The notes under the pieces: generated by a model
Databases searched by the model: none
The model's input: the letters and a program-made list of their open reading frames with translations, nothing else
What the model was told of the DNA's origin: nothing
Made by a program: the position numbers and the translations under genes
Shown here: in pieces, positions 10,040 to 20,560 of the stretch
Layout of the letters: every line of letters begins with the position of its first letter
Numbering within the stretch: position 1 is the first letter of the stretch
Assembly: GCA_965218435.1 (NCBI GenBank)
Contig: CBDCKW010000009.1
Span: forward strand, 3,648,001 to 3,712,000
Source of the DNA: Truepera sp.
GTDB taxonomy: Bacteria > Deinococcota > Deinococci > Deinococcales > Trueperaceae
Direction of reading: 5' to 3'
Length of the DNA: 64,000 nucleotides

Positions 10040-10939
10040 TCAGGTATTTGCTGAAGTCAAGGTGTCCACGTTTAGAGGGGCCAAAAGGGACTCGAGTTCC
10101 GCCGTATCCGTAAATTCCAAGAGGGGCGCACGGGGATACCCGGCGTCAAGGCCCTGAAGCTTGAGCGCCGCCTTAAGGCCCGGAATCCCAAAGCGTGTAG
10201 TGACAGCCTGAGCGAGCGGGTTGAGGCTAAATTGTAAGGCTCGAGCCGTCTCTAAATCACCTTTGTGAAACGCGTCGTAAAGTCCTCGGCAGGGCCGAGC
10301 GGCAACATTGGCCACCGCCAAAATGCCCCCACGTGCGCCGAGCGCGAGCGCGGCCAAAAAAGTTGGGGCGCTGCCGGTCATGACCTGAAAGTCTTTCGGG
10401 ACGCGGCGCATGGTTTCGCTCAGGGCGGCAACGTTGCCCGACGAGTCTTTAAGCCCAACAATATTTGGGTGCTGCGCGAGGCTGGCAATAAGTGTAGGAC
10501 TGAGGGCGAGCGTGGTGACCGACGGGATGTTATAGAGCAGCACGGGCAGGGTGCTCTCGTCGGCAAGCGTTTCGTAGTGCGTCCGTAAAACCGTATCGGT
10601 CATCGCAGCCGGGTAGTAGTGCGGCGGTAAGACGAGCACCGCGTCTGCGCCGAGCTCATGCGCCTCTCGGTTACGCGCCGTGACAAGCTGCGTCGCCTCA
10701 CCGCCGGTGCCGACGAGCAGCGGTTTGGTTTTAGAGATAACTGCCCTAGCCGCCTCAACGACTTGACGCCGTTCGGCTGCGGTCAAAAAAGCTGCTTCGC
10801 CGTTGCTGCCTAAGAGTAAAAACCCGTCTACCTGGGGCTCGAGCCGCTGCAAAAGCTCTTGTAACGCCGCTGTATCTACGTCGCCGGTACGGGTAAACGG
10901 GGTAGGAACCGGGGGGATGATGCCTTGGAGGTTGATCAT
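10040..10939 (-). CDS. Dihydrodipicolinate synthase (DapA) family aldolase
   Basis: GSNGE, LLYNIP, GLKDSSG motifs. Confidence 0.88.
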   Translation of the reverse strand: MINLQGIIPPVPTPFTRTGDVDTAALQELLQRLEPQVDGFLLLGSNGEAAFLTAAERRQVVEAARAVISKTKPLLVGTGGEATQLVTARNREAHELGADAVLVLPPHYYPAAMTDTVLRTHYETLADESTLPVLLYNIPSVTTLALSPTLIASLAQHPNIVGLKDSSGNVAALSETMRRVPKDFQVMTGSAPTFLAALALGARGGILAVANVAARPCRGLYDAFHKGDLETARALQFSLNPLAQAVTTRFGIPGLKAALKLQGLDAGYPRAPLLEFTDTAELESLLAPLNVDTLTSANT

Positions 10940-10960
10940 GCTTAAGTTTACCCGCCCAGC

Positions 10961-11009
10961 AACTATGAAAACGCTAGGAACTGTGAAAACGCCAGCAACT
11001 GTGAAAACG
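10961..11009. repeat. 18-bp period tandem repeat x3 (AACTRTGAAAACG core)
   Basis: Cores at 10961, 10979, 10997 between divergent DapA-like and MFS genes. Confidence 0.8.
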
Positions 11010-11122
11010 GTTGTACCCCGAGCTCTTAACTCGAGTCATCCTCTAGTTTGCTTCTGTTCTAAAGGTGCAGGTCTGATCGTCGCGCGTCCTTTAAGATAGC
11101 CTGGAGAAAGCGCAGGTGAACC

Positions 11123-12739
11123 GTGGCCGACCACGCCGCACAGCCGTGTAATGAAGGGGTTATTCGTTCGGGGAAACACGACGAAACCCACCCCCAAACG
11201 TCGCGTCCCTGGGTGCTGGCTGCGACCATTTTGGGCTCGTCGCTCGCGTCGGTCACGACTTCAGCCGTCAACGTTGCTTTGCCCAACTTGCAAACTGCGC
11301 TTAACACTACGCTCGTGAACGCGCAGTGGGTGGTCAACGCCTACACGCTCTTTTTGGCGGCGCTGATCTTGCTCGGGGGCTCGCTCGGGGACCACTACGG
11401 GCGCAAACGCGTATTTGTTCTCGGCACCCTGATCTTCGGCGCGGCGTCGGTGTGGTGCGGCCTCGCGCCGAACGTCACGCAACTGATCGTCGCACGCGGC
11501 GTGCAAGGCGTCGGTGGGGCGCTCTTAACCCCCGGTTCGCTGGCGATACTCAGCGCGGCGTTTCCGGAGAGTGAACGCGGGAAAGCTATCGGCCTCTGGT
11601 CGGGGTTTTTAGCGATTACCACGGCGGCGGGGCCGGTTTTGGGCGGCTTTGTGACCGACGCATTGTCGTGGCGCTGGGTGTTTTTTATGGTCGTCCCGCT
11701 GGCGCTCCTGGTCGTCTTGATTACGCTCTGGCGCGTGCCCGAAAGCCGCGATGATGAGGCCACCGGCGGCCTCGACTACGGCGGGGCGCTCCTAGTCACG
11801 CTCGGTTTAGGCGGGCTGACGTTCGGGCTCTTGCGTTCCTCGAGCACTTCGTGGGGCGATCCGGTTGTGCTCGTCTCTTTAGGACTCGGCGTCCTTTTAT
11901 CGGCAGGTTTTTTGTGGCTCGAGACGCGTGTCGAAGGGCCGATGATGCCGCCCAGACTCTTCCGCAGCCGCACCTTTACCGGGGCCAACCTCCTCACCCT
12001 ATTTTTGTACGCGGCGCTCGGGGCGGCGCTATTCTTTTTGCCCTACCATTTTCAGAGCGTGCAGGGCTATAGCGCAGCGCAGACCGGGTTGGCGCTCTTA
12101 CCGATGATCCTCTTAATGACGCTGCTCGCACGTTGGGCCGGAGGGTTGGTAGACCGCGTGGGGGCAAAACTGCCGCTGATGGTCGGGCCGAGCATTGTCG
12201 CGGTAGGGTTCGCGCTGCTGGCCATTCCCGGCCTGAACGCGAACTACTGGACGACCTTTTTCCCGGCGCTCTTGGTACTGGGCTTCGGCTTGGCGGTGTC
12301 GGTCGCGCCGCTGACGACGACTGTGATGAACGCCGTCCCGACGCATCAGGCAGGGACAGCTTCGGGGGTGAACAACGCGGCGGCGCGGCTGGCGAACCTC
12401 CTAGCGGTCGCAGTTTTCGGCGTGGTGATTTTGCTCGTTTTTAACCCGGCGCTGACCTCAAACCTCGCCCCACTTTCTTTGCCGCAGGGGGCCAGCGAGC
12501 AGATTGACGCGCAGCGTACCGACCTCGTAAATATCCGTGCGCCGGAAGGCTTGCCTGATCAGACGCGTGCGGAGGTCGAAACGGCCGTTAAGGGGGCCTT
12601 TGTCAGCGGGTTCCGTTTTGTGACCTTGGTATGTGCGGGGCTGGCGGTGCTGAGCGCCCTGATCGCTTGGCGCACGGTTGAGGGGAAAGGCGAGGATGAG
12701 GGGAGTAAGAATGGTGACTCGAGTCCGAGCACTTCGTAG
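11123..12739 (+). CDS. MFS transporter, DHA2 (14-TM) family
   Basis: GSLGDHYGRKR motif A; ARGVQGVG; GPVLGG motif C. Confidence 0.9.
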   Translation: MADHAAQPCNEGVIRSGKHDETHPQTSRPWVLAATILGSSLASVTTSAVNVALPNLQTALNTTLVNAQWVVNAYTLFLAALILLGGSLGDHYGRKRVFVLGTLIFGAASVWCGLAPNVTQLIVARGVQGVGGALLTPGSLAILSAAFPESERGKAIGLWSGFLAITTAAGPVLGGFVTDALSWRWVFFMVVPLALLVVLITLWRVPESRDDEATGGLDYGGALLVTLGLGGLTFGLLRSSSTSWGDPVVLVSLGLGVLLSAGFLWLETRVEGPMMPPRLFRSRTFTGANLLTLFLYAALGAALFFLPYHFQSVQGYSAAQTGLALLPMILLMTLLARWAGGLVDRVGAKLPLMVGPSIVAVGFALLAIPGLNANYWTTFFPALLVLGFGLAVSVAPLTTTVMNAVPTHQAGTASGVNNAAARLANLLAVAVFGVVILLVFNPALTSNLAPLSLPQGASEQIDAQRTDLVNIRAPEGLPDQTRAEVETAVKGAFVSGFRFVTLVCAGLAVLSALIAWRTVEGKGEDEGSKNGDSSPSTS

Positions 12740-12983
12740 AAAGAGTCTCGGCCTAGAGCCTGTTATAAATGAGGCAATTGTGACTGCTGTTATCGCTACT
12801 GAACTTGCGTCTTGCACAGCAGTTGAACTGTTTAGAGGTTTCAGCACTTCGGACTCGAGCCTGCCTTTAAGCTCCAAACACACCCAAAAAATTGCTGCCG
12901 AAAGTGCGAAAAGCTAGCCTGGGACGGATTTCCTGAGTGTCAACCAAACAGCTCGAATAAATCTCCAAGGTTCATAACACGCT

Positions 12984-13481
12984 TTAGGGACGCACTTTTT
13001 CAAGTTCTACAAAAGCGAAAGGTGTTTGCCCTTTATATTCATAGGGGTCACATTCGTTCTTAAAAAGCGACGCGTACTCAAAGGTATACGCGGTGTCAAG
13101 TCGGTCGCCGTAAAAAACATCTGAGCAAAGCGAATAGTGAAGGGTGCCGTTTGGGTCGGTTAAGGTCAGCGCAAGTATCCCCATCTGCGGGAGCGCCTGC
13201 GCTGACAGGTAGCCGAGGTTTGGATTCGCCAGCTCGTAGCCTTCAACGTTGTAGGTCTCAGCGCCTAACGTAGCACTGCCCGAGAATGTGTACCGCGTTT
13301 TAGTGACCTCGGTAACTTTTGTCTCGATACGCAGTCCAATCGGTACCGCTCTATCATCCGTTTGATAAAAACCAATAAATGTACCCGTCATATAGGGCTG
13401 GCTTTCAATATACTGAGAGCAGCCCACAAGTGCAAGCAGAAGCAAGAAGAAACCCAAACGTGTCACAAATGAGCTTAGCAT
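12984..13481 (-). CDS. Hypothetical lipoprotein
   Basis: Hydrophobic signal with lipobox LVGC; 165 aa. Confidence 0.6.
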   Translation of the reverse strand: MLSSFVTRLGFFLLLLALVGCSQYIESQPYMTGTFIGFYQTDDRAVPIGLRIETKVTEVTKTRYTFSGSATLGAETYNVEGYELANPNLGYLSAQALPQMGILALTLTDPNGTLHYSLCSDVFYGDRLDTAYTFEYASLFKNECDPYEYKGQTPFAFVELEKVRP

Positions 13482-13750
13482 GTGAGCACAAACAAGTGAG
13501 GTCGTACCTCGCTTGTCACCAACTATGCGTCAGTCTCGTCAAGCGGCGACAAAGGCACAACTTGGGGTGCTGCTCCGACTCACATAAAAAACTGACAAGT
13601 TAGCTTTAGTGTGATGCAATTTCTGAAGCGTGCTACGGATTCCTTTGAGTAAAGAGGTTGTAGAGTTGAGCGGTAAGGGGCTCCGGCGCAGGCTGCTTGT
13701 GGCGCGGACTCTCTAGACAAAGCCGGAAAAGGCTCTAAGGAGGCTCGAAC

Positions 13751-14167
13751 ATGGCAACCATCGTAGAAATTGCTCAAAGTGACGGCAGATTCGGCACGCT
13801 CGTTCAGGCTTTACAAGCCGCCGACCTGGTAGACACCCTAAACGGCGACGGTCCCTTTACCGTTTTCGCGCCCACTGACGACGCTTTTGAACAGCTCGAT
13901 AACGACGTACTCAATACCCTGATGGGTGACAAAGACAAACTGACCAAGGTGCTGACTTATCACGTCGCCGACGACCGCTACACCGCCCGTGACTTGGAGG
14001 GGCTGTCGCGCCTGACGACGCTGACGGGGGACGACTTGCAGGTCTCGAGTGAGACGAACTTGCGGGTAGACGAAGCGACGATTGTACAAACCGACGTTGA
14101 GGCCGACAACGGCATCATTCAGGTGATCGACCAGGTGATTTTGCCCGAAGGTATTTTGCTCTCTTAA
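13751..14167 (+). CDS. Fasciclin (FAS1) domain protein
   Basis: GPFTVFAPTDDAF, LTYHV, ADNGIIQVIDQVILP. Confidence 0.93.
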   Translation: MATIVEIAQSDGRFGTLVQALQAADLVDTLNGDGPFTVFAPTDDAFEQLDNDVLNTLMGDKDKLTKVLTYHVADDRYTARDLEGLSRLTTLTGDDLQVSSETNLRVDEATIVQTDVEADNGIIQVIDQVILPEGILLS

Positions 14168-14470
14168 GAAGCAGGTTTCTGCGGGTTTTGGGCCGCACCG
14201 GAGGTAGCCTAAGACCCCTTTACTTCTCAACCCTTTCAGGAACTGCCTGATGGTGGCTCAACTTTTTAACGCCCTAAGACCGACCTCGAGCCGCCGGAGT
14301 TTTGGCTTGGGATTGGTGGCCAACTGACTTGATAACGTTTTACTGTCCAGGCTTTTGGTGAAGGCTACGCCTGCTGCTACCCATAAGCCGACCTGCAGAT
14401 TTGGTTACGGGTTGCTTGTCATCTGAAGGCGGCAGTTAATCACGGCACACTTTCGTAGGGGAGCGTACTG

Positions 14471-15928
14471 GTGTCACAACAAGGGTCACAGCAAAAGCCT
14501 GCTGACGCTTCAGCTGATGCTTTAGAGCATAAGGGTAAATGGGCCATCTTGAGCGTCGTGTCTCTAGGCACTTTTATGACGGTTTTAGACGGCTCGATCG
14601 TCAATATTGCGCTGCCGAGTATCGCCAGAGCTTTTAGTATGCCCCTTAACGGTCAGATTCAGTGGGTCTCGATTGCCTATCTGATCACGCTGGCCTCGAG
14701 CCTGGTGATTTTCGGCAAACTTTCCGGCGCGTTCGGCGCGAAGCGCATCTGGCTGGCCGGCGTCACAGTGTTTACGGGTTTTTCGGTGGCCTGTGGTCTG
14801 GCTCCGGGTATCCTCTGGCTGATCGTCTTTCGCGCTTTACAAGGGGTGGGCGCAGCGATGATCTTTGCGCCCGCTGCTGAGATTATTACCGATACGTTTC
14901 CCGGTAATCAGCGCGGCCGGGCGCTTGGGATCAACGCAGTGGTTGTCTCGTTGGGTATCAGTGTCGGGCCGATTTTGGGGGGGCTTCTGACCGAATACCT
15001 CGATTGGCGCTGGATTTTTTTCGTCAACGCGCCGATCGGCGTCTTTACCTTTTTCTGGGCGCTGAGAACGTTGCCGGGTCAGCAGCGGCAAAAGGTGACC
15101 CACTTCGACTTTGTGGGTGCGGTGCTCCTCGTCCTCGGGTTGGGGGGGCTGACGCTCGGGCTTTCGTTCGGCCGAGAGTGGGGCTGGAGTTCGCTACCTG
15201 TTTTGATCGCGCTCGGAGTAGGTGTCGGCGGCGTTGCTGCAACCATCTTTGCCGAAGCGCGTATCAAAAATCCCCTCATCAACCTGGACTTATTTAAGAA
15301 CCGCACCTTCTCGTCGGCTTTTTTCAGCTTGATTTTGGCCTTTACCGCCGTGTTTGCCGTAAACTTTCTCGCGCCCTTTTATTTCGAGCAGTTGCGCGGC
15401 TTTTCAACGGTAAAGTCCGGGTTGCTCTTGACTCCGATCGCTATTGCGGTCGGGGTGGCCGGCCCGCTCTCAGGTGCGCTTTTTGATCGGACCAGCTCGA
15501 GGTTTATCGCACCCTCCGGCCTAGTCATCGTAGCTGTCGGACTTTTTCTCCTGAGTCGCTTGGACGCCAGCAGCGCCTTGTGGCTGATCATCACCGCCTC
15601 GGCGCTCGTCGGCTTGGGAAACGGTACTTTTTCGCCACCTAATACCAGTACGCTTTTAGGGGTAGCACCCAGCAGCGACCGCGGAGTCGCGTCGGCGCTC
15701 TTAGCGACCGGGCGCTCGACCGGGCAGGCGTTTGGGGTTGCGATTACCGGGGCCGTCTTCAGCGGGCTGGGCGGCTCCGCCTCCGGGCAGCGGCTGGGGC
15801 AGGGCACAGGCAGTCCGGGACTCGCCGGGACCTTTACCCACGCGTTTGACACGGCGCTGCTGGTCGCCGCCGGGATCGCGGTGCTGGCTTTTGCCGTGGC
15901 GCTCTTTAGACGTAAGCAACCAGCGTAG
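14471..15928 (+). CDS. MFS transporter, DHA2 family
   Basis: LDGSIVNIALP, RALQGVG, GPILGG. Confidence 0.9.
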   Translation: MSQQGSQQKPADASADALEHKGKWAILSVVSLGTFMTVLDGSIVNIALPSIARAFSMPLNGQIQWVSIAYLITLASSLVIFGKLSGAFGAKRIWLAGVTVFTGFSVACGLAPGILWLIVFRALQGVGAAMIFAPAAEIITDTFPGNQRGRALGINAVVVSLGISVGPILGGLLTEYLDWRWIFFVNAPIGVFTFFWALRTLPGQQRQKVTHFDFVGAVLLVLGLGGLTLGLSFGREWGWSSLPVLIALGVGVGGVAATIFAEARIKNPLINLDLFKNRTFSSAFFSLILAFTAVFAVNFLAPFYFEQLRGFSTVKSGLLLTPIAIAVGVAGPLSGALFDRTSSRFIAPSGLVIVAVGLFLLSRLDASSALWLIITASALVGLGNGTFSPPNTSTLLGVAPSSDRGVASALLATGRSTGQAFGVAITGAVFSGLGGSASGQRLGQGTGSPGLAGTFTHAFDTALLVAAGIAVLAFAVALFRRKQPA

Positions 15929-16209
15929 CGTGCTGGGTTTTGTTGGGCTTTTGGCTACAGTTGAAGATATCTGTAGCGTCTCGAAGGGGAAAAGTCAGAA
16001 TCCAGAAGTTGGACAATATAATCAAGAAATCAGCGTCTCTCACGCGCTCAGAACGTTATAAAAAAGCTCAACACAGCTTAGGCAACGATTACACCTGTGC
16101 GCTACCGGTATGGTTTGGTAGTTTGTGTCCCGTCTTATAAGCGTTCCGGGCGGCCTCAGCTTGATATGTCCAGCTTTTACGTGTCTATGACCTACGCCGC
16201 AAAAGGAGC

Positions 16210-17661
16210 GTGCCTGTGCAAATGTCTGATGCTGCAAACCAAAATAGCCTTCAGCAGCCCAAAAACAAGTGGGTTATTTTAAGCGTCATCTGTTTAGGGG
16301 CGTTTATGACGTCTTTGGACGGGTCAATTGTCAACATCGCCTTGCCGACGGTGTCTCGAGCGTTCGGGGTGGCGCTTAACGGTCAGATTCAGTGGGTGGT
16401 GATCGGTTACCTGATCGTGATTGCCGCAACGCTGCTCACCTTTGGGAGGCTCTCAGACGCGGTGGGTGCCAAACGTATCTGGTCACTGGGGATCATCTTC
16501 TTTGCCGTCAGCTCAGCGGCTTGCGGGTTCGCCCCGGCGCTGATTTGGCTGGTCGTCTTCCGTGCTGTTCAAGGGGTGGGGGCGGCGATGATCCTGGCGA
16601 CGAGCGCCGCGCTCATTACCGAGACGTTTCCGGGTAGTCAGCGGGGCCGGGCGTTAGGCATCAACGCGGTAGTCGTTTCGCTGGCGGTCAGTACCGGCCC
16701 GGTCTTGGGTGGGCTGATTACCGAATACGCCAGTTGGCGTTGGATCTTTTTTATCAATGTGCCGATTGGAGTTGTCAACTACTTCTGGACACTCCGCACT
16801 CTGCCGCCTGACCAGAAGAGTCGGGCGTCGGGTTTTGACTTTACCGGTGCGGCGCTGCTGGCGCTCGGTTTGGGCGGCCTGACCTTGGGGCTTTCGTTCG
16901 GGCGGCAGTGGGGCTGGAGTTCGCTGCCGATTTTAGCGGCGCTCGGTTTAGGCGTGCTCAGCTTTGCCGCGGCACTCTTCACTGAAACGCGGGTCAAGCG
17001 CCCGCTGATTGACCTTACCCTGTTTCAGAACCGTACCTTTACTTCCGCCACCTTTAGTCTGCTGCTCAGCTTTGTAGCTTTCTTCTCGGCAACTTTTTTG
17101 CTGCCCTTTTACCTCGAGCAGCTGCGCGGCTTTTCGACCTCGAGGGCGGGCCTGCTCCTTATCCCGCTCACAGTAGGCATCGGCCTGCTCGGACCCTTGT
17201 CCGGTGCGCTCGCAGACCGCATCGGCTCACGTTTACTCTCGCCACTCGGTTTAGCAGTTGCGGCGACGGGCCTTTTTCTGATCAGCCGTTTTGACGCCAC
17301 TACTGCGGTCTGGTTTGTTGTCATTGCGCTTTCTATCAGCGGTATCGGGCTGGGCATCTTCGCGTCGCCGAACTCGAGTTCGCTGATGGGCGCGGTAGCG
17401 GGCAACAAACGCGGCGTCGCCTCGGGGCTTTTGGCGACCAGCCGCACAGTGGGTCAAGCTTTTGGTATCGCGGTGTCCGGCGCAATCTTTGGGGGTCTCG
17501 GCGGCGCGGTCGCGGGCGACCGGCTCGCGCAGGGCGAGGCGGGTGCGGGCCTAGCAACGACTTTTACTCGAGCGTTCGATACGGCCCTATTGGTCGCAGC
17601 GGGGGTCGCAGTGTTGGCTTTCGCCGTGGCTTTAGTTAGGAACAGAAGGCAAGACACGTAA
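16210..17661 (+). CDS. MFS transporter, DHA2 family (tandem paralog of 14471..15928)
   Basis: Same motifs; shares identical segments with the upstream gene, e.g. AFDTALLVAAG. Confidence 0.9.
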   Translation: MPVQMSDAANQNSLQQPKNKWVILSVICLGAFMTSLDGSIVNIALPTVSRAFGVALNGQIQWVVIGYLIVIAATLLTFGRLSDAVGAKRIWSLGIIFFAVSSAACGFAPALIWLVVFRAVQGVGAAMILATSAALITETFPGSQRGRALGINAVVVSLAVSTGPVLGGLITEYASWRWIFFINVPIGVVNYFWTLRTLPPDQKSRASGFDFTGAALLALGLGGLTLGLSFGRQWGWSSLPILAALGLGVLSFAAALFTETRVKRPLIDLTLFQNRTFTSATFSLLLSFVAFFSATFLLPFYLEQLRGFSTSRAGLLLIPLTVGIGLLGPLSGALADRIGSRLLSPLGLAVAATGLFLISRFDATTAVWFVVIALSISGIGLGIFASPNSSSLMGAVAGNKRGVASGLLATSRTVGQAFGIAVSGAIFGGLGGAVAGDRLAQGEAGAGLATTFTRAFDTALLVAAGVAVLAFAVALVRNRRQDT

Positions 17662-17693
17662 ACTACAGCCCCCAGCACATCCTACGAACCAGC

Positions 17694-18023
17694 CTAAAGA
17701 GACAACAGCGTCAGCGCAATTAGGAGTGCGTGGAGCGGCGGCGCGAGCGGGGCCAAGCGCATGATACGGGGCCGCTCTGTAAAAAAGCCGATCCAACCTG
17801 CAGCCACCGCGCCCAAAACAGTGATCGGATAGGTATGCGTCACTAGAGTCGCGCCGAGCGGCAACCTTACCGGTGTACCCTCTACATCCAATAGGGTCAG
17901 CAAAACGAGCACAAACCAGCAGATGATCGAAACCAGATACGCGGGTGTGGTCACAATCAGGGCCAAAAACCCGGCCGGTGTGGGCTGCCGCCGGTCAAGC
18001 ACCGGCTCACGGTAGTGCCGCAT
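17694..18023 (-). CDS. Small hypothetical membrane protein
   Basis: 109 aa, 3 hydrophobic segments; TATACT 6 nt before ATG. Confidence 0.6.
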   Translation of the reverse strand: MRHYREPVLDRRQPTPAGFLALIVTTPAYLVSIICWFVLVLLTLLDVEGTPVRLPLGATLVTHTYPITVLGAVAAGWIGFFTERPRIMRLAPLAPPLHALLIALTLLSL

Positions 18024-18170
18024 GTGCTAAGTATAGCGCGTGCATAGCAGGTATGATCTGAGAACGAACGCTCTCAGTTTAGTGAGCCTAGCCAACATGA
18101 TGAGATCATACCTGCGGGATTTGAGACTAGCTTATCTGTGTGCTCCACCTGCAAGGTATGCTAAACCTCC

Positions 18171-19070
18171 ATGTCAGCTCCGTCCGGTTCCCAAACCGCC
18201 CGCCTCCTCATTTCGTGCCCCGACCGCCCTGGTATCGTCGCGGCGGTGTCACAGTTTTTATACAGCCACGGCGCTAATATCCTGGACGCGCAGCAGCACT
18301 CGGCGGACCCAACCGGCGGCGAGTTTTTGATGCGGATGGTGTTTCACCTAGAAGACCTGAAGGTAGAAAACCGGGACGTGACCCGCACACAGTTCGAGCG
18401 GGCCTTCGCCGAGGTGGTCGCGCGGCCTTTTAGAATGAACTGGCACGTCGCCTACGCCGACGAGCGCAAACGGATAGCGATTTTGGTGTCGAATACCGAC
18501 CACTGTTTGTTAGAGCTTTTATGGCGTAAACAAAGCGGCGAGTTTGAAGTTGACATCCCTTTCGTCGTGTCAAACCATGAAAACTTGTGCGGCGTTACCG
18601 AGTCGTACGGCGTGCCGTTTCACTATCTGCCGGTCGCTAAAGACCTGGACAAAAATAATAAGGCCGAGCAAGAGGCGCAAATTTTAGCGTTGCTAGAATC
18701 CGAACCTGTAGACTTTATCGTCTTAGCCCGCTACATGCAGGTTTTGTCGCCTGAGTTTGTGGCGCGTTACCCAGCCAAAATCATCAATATTCACCACTCG
18801 TTTTTGCCAGCATTCGTGGGCGCGAACCCTTACCAACAGGCGTATCGGCGCGGCGTCAAACTGATCGGCGCAACCGCGCACTACGTCACCGACGACTTAG
18901 ACGAAGGCCCGATTATCGAGCAGGACGTGGCAAGAGTTTCACACCGCGAATCCATCGAAGATTTGGTACGGGTAGGGCGGGGGCTCGAGCGCACCGTCTT
19001 GGCGCGGGCGGTCGCAGCGCAGTTAGACGACCGGGTGCTGTTGGTCGGGAATAAAACGGTGGTGTTTTGA
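18171..19070 (+). CDS. purU: Formyltetrahydrofolate deformylase
   Basis: N-terminal ACT domain [37 protein letters not shown]. Confidence 0.96.
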   Translation: MSAPSGSQTARLLISCPDRPGIVAAVSQFLYSHGANILDAQQHSADPTGGEFLMRMVFHLEDLKVENRDVTRTQFERAFAEVVARPFRMNWHVAYADERKRIAILVSNTDHCLLELLWRKQSGEFEVDIPFVVSNHENLCGVTESYGVPFHYLPVAKDLDKNNKAEQEAQILALLESEPVDFIVLARYMQVLSPEFVARYPAKIINIHHSFLPAFVGANPYQQAYRRGVKLIGATAHYVTDDLDEGPIIEQDVARVSHRESIEDLVRVGRGLERTVLARAVAAQLDDRVLLVGNKTVVF

Positions 19071-19618
19071 GCTTTAAGATGAGTGCAGACCATGATGAAC
19101 TCTTAGATGTAGTTGGCGCTGATGACAACGTGATCGGCCAGCAACCTCGTTCGGAAGTGTACCGGCGTGGACTGCTCTGCCGCGTCGTTAATGTGTTTCT
19201 CGAGAACACTCAAGGCCAGCTTTGGATTCCCCGACGAACTGCCCACAAAAGGACCTTTCCGCTCTGCCTCGATATGAGTATGGGCGGCCACGTCGAAAGC
19301 GGTGAGAGCTACGAAGAGGCTCTAGCACGCGAACTGTCAGAAGAGTTGAGGCTAGACGTAGAGAAAACTGACTGTGAGCTTTTGGGGTATCTGACACCAT
19401 CTGAAAGCGGCGTTTCGGCGTTTATGAAGGTCTACCGCATCAAGGCGGATGACGCGCCTGCTTATAATAAAGACGATTTTTTAGAAGCTCGGTGGCTCTT
19501 ACCTCACGAGCTGTTACGCCGACTCCGTGACGGTGAACCTGCCAAAGGAGACCTGCTGACCCTAATCGAGCGGTTTTATACGGACAAAAAGCAGTATGGT
19601 AGAGCGAAAAGCTTTTAA
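19067..19618 (+). CDS. NUDIX hydrolase (IDI-like/YfcD type)
   Basis: [22 protein letters not shown]udix box. Confidence 0.88.
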   Translation: MSFKMSADHDELLDVVGADDNVIGQQPRSEVYRRGLLCRVVNVFLENTQGQLWIPRRTAHKRTFPLCLDMSMGGHVESGESYEEALARELSEELRLDVEKTDCELLGYLTPSESGVSAFMKVYRIKADDAPAYNKDDFLEARWLLPHELLRRLRDGEPAKGDLLTLIERFYTDKKQYGRAKSF

Positions 19619-19648
19619 GTTAGCTCTCGAGCCTCGAGGAGACCATCA

Positions 19649-20206
19649 ATGACCCAAACCTCTAATCAGACCTCAAGAACTCGCACCGTCACCATCGGTT
19701 CCGAAACCCGCGACTTGCCCATCGTCAGCGTCGGCCCCGTGTCGGTCGCTCTGCTGAACCTTCTGGGTGACGCGCCCCTGACCGAAGCTGCCGCTGCCGA
19801 GCTCGCGGGGCGCTTGCCCGAAGTTGACGTGCTCGTGACGCCCGAAGCCAAAGCTGTCCCGCTCGCCCACGCGCTCGCGGTGCGTACCGGCCTGCCCTAC
19901 GTGGTCGCCCGCAAAACGAAAAAACCCTATATGGTGGGTGCCGTCCGCAAAACCGTGACCTCGATTACCACCGGCAAACCGCAAGACCTCTTTTTAGACG
20001 GGACCGATTTGCCAAAGCTTAGGGGGCACCGGGTCGCCATCATTGACGATGTGGTGAGTACCGGCGGTACCCTCCGCGCCTTGTCCGAACTGCTCACTGA
20101 AGTCGGAGCCGAGGTCGTGGCGACACTTGCGGTACTGACCGAAGGCGACGAACGAGACGACGTTATTTCGCTCGGACATCTGCCGCTGTACGACAATCCG
20201 GTTTAG
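19649..20206 (+). CDS. Type I phosphoribosyltransferase (adenine PRT-like)
   Basis: [17 protein letters not shown]-binding motif; [11 protein letters not shown]. Confidence 0.85.
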   Translation: MTQTSNQTSRTRTVTIGSETRDLPIVSVGPVSVALLNLLGDAPLTEAAAAELAGRLPEVDVLVTPEAKAVPLAHALAVRTGLPYVVARKTKKPYMVGAVRKTVTSITTGKPQDLFLDGTDLPKLRGHRVAIIDDVVSTGGTLRALSELLTEVGAEVVATLAVLTEGDERDDVISLGHLPLYDNPV

Positions 20207-20560
20207 ACCCGGACTTTTAGACTTTTGCTGTCGCTTGGGAAACAAAGTTAAGAATACGGAATAAAGGAAGAAGGCAGAATTAAGGATGCTCCAATCTTTT
20301 TAAGGTCGCTCCTTCTTGTCTACTCAACAACCCCTTTGCACAACTTCGCTTAAGTCTTCAGCTTGACACCTCAAAGTTTACGTGAGAGACGCTTTTTAGG
20401 CTATAACTCTCATATTTTTTGCGTTCCTGACGGAATTTCTGGTGATGGCTCGAGCCCACTTCAACGGGGCTGATGTGCTACGATAGCCTACTACCCCGCG
20501 CCGCTATCTCTGCTGCGCCTTTTTCCCAGTTGTCCGTTTCCCTACTAGCCTGGAGTCCGT

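Noticed and set aside
14168..14470. Riboswitch upstream of the MFS gene
   Set aside because: No recognisable aptamer consensus; needs an Infernal/Rfam scan.
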